A stretch of DNA of 64,000 bases, from NCBI GenBank assembly GCA_964016885.1, contig OZ024742.1:43834001-43898000 (forward strand), in the 5' to 3' direction. Below, one piece after another: positions 62,871 through 64,000 of this stretch. The position numbers and the translations under genes were made by a program. The stretch's first letter is position 1. The number at the start of each line of letters is the position of its first letter. The DNA is from Eledone cirrhosa. Taxonomy: Eukaryota. A model generated the notes under the pieces. The model was not told where the DNA came from. It ran no database searches and saw nothing but the letters and a program-made list of their open reading frames with translations.

Positions 62871-64000
62871 TAGTTACATTCTACTATACCAGGTATTGAG
62901 TACTCTGCTGAATAATGGTCATACTAGTTTAATGCTGGTTAAATCCTGATATAATTTGATATCCCTGTTAGTATTGTTTGGATCAGAGACACATGTGCAC
63001 ACACATACTTACACACACACATACATATAGTAATCCTACATGCACAATATGGTGAGTGGAAAAACAGTAATCGACTGAGATTATTCTCCCAGTCCACAGG
63101 TAAAATATCCCTTGAAAGGTGTAAATTCAAAAGCAGCAAGCAAATTTTAATCAACTGATATTTTAGTAGTTATTGTCCCTACTTATTGGATAAACTCAGC
63201 TGACTGAAGTTTTTGCATTCACTATATTTAGTATATGAGGCTATTGTGCATTCGTGCGCGTGTGTGTGTGTGTGTGTGCACACAACAATCTTCATGCAGA
63301 ATCCTCTTCTCAAATATTTTTACAGAAATCTATGTGCAATTCTTTTTCCTGTATATAAACAATTCTAGTCAAGCCAACTTGCAAAATGAATATGCTTTGC
63401 TGAGATCTTAATGCTTGCACTAGTTGGCATTAAGCTAAGGTCAACTCTTTACTGACTGAAATGAGTTATCCCCCCTTGCTTCTAGATTTTAAAGATGTTC
63501 AAAGGGAGGTTTTCCCTTAAAATTGGGAAGATAATCCCAGCCAAGTGAAGTTTCTCCACTTGCTATATATTTAACATAGCATATTCTGATGTATGTATAT
63601 AGCATGGAAGCAACGTAACAAATAAAAGTTGCTTCACAACCATGAGGATCCTAGTTCAATCCTGTGTGGCACCTTGGACAAGTTATTTTATTATTTTTGT
63701 TTAAATATAGCATAAGGTCAACCAAAGACTTGTGAGACTGGGTAAATGTAAACCATTTTAGAGCCTGGCAATTGGACTGTACTATGATGCAAAGGTCCAG
63801 TCTTATCATGCAATTATGTTAAGTGTACACTTCTGTGGAATATTCAGAAACTTACATATTAATTTAATGAGTAGATCATTCCATTGATCGAAAAACTGAC
63901 ATGTATATATTTAGATAGATGAGATATTACTATTAGTAATGCCATTATTCAACTTAGTATTCTAAACTTTAAGATATGTAGTGTATCTATTAATATAAAA

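Overview
This is eukaryotic, repeat-dominated DNA, most likely intronic or intergenic sequence from a coleoid cephalopod (octopus-like). That assignment is inferred from the repeat landscape, not proven. Roughly a third of the window is interrupted (TA)n microsatellite in tracts up to about 4.5 kb, and these tracts produce all the Ile/Tyr-rich ORFs in the track, which are artefacts. Embedded in the tracts are: five young 5'-truncated RTE-clade LINE copies from three subfamilies, each with a C4HC3 PHD-type finger inside the RT; two CR1/L2-group LINEs, one near-complete with tandem CCCH fingers + APE + RT; tRNA-derived SINEs; and short islands carrying minimal type I hammerhead ribozymes (Penelope-like). 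Outside the tracts lie older RTE copies, a CRE-type RLE fragment, piggyBac- and Tc1/mariner-type MITEs, tandem SINE arrays, minisatellites and a 200-N gap. No complete host gene is recognisable; there is one candidate first coding exon (58752-58910). The most notable observations are (1) unrelated retroelement classes converging on (TA)n tracts, (2) hammerhead-bearing islands, one inside a long foldback, (3) a probable U_UUU_UUA -1 frameshift junction between ORF1 and ORF2 of the CR1-like LINE, and (4) 5' truncation of four RTE copies within about 55 nt of the same position.
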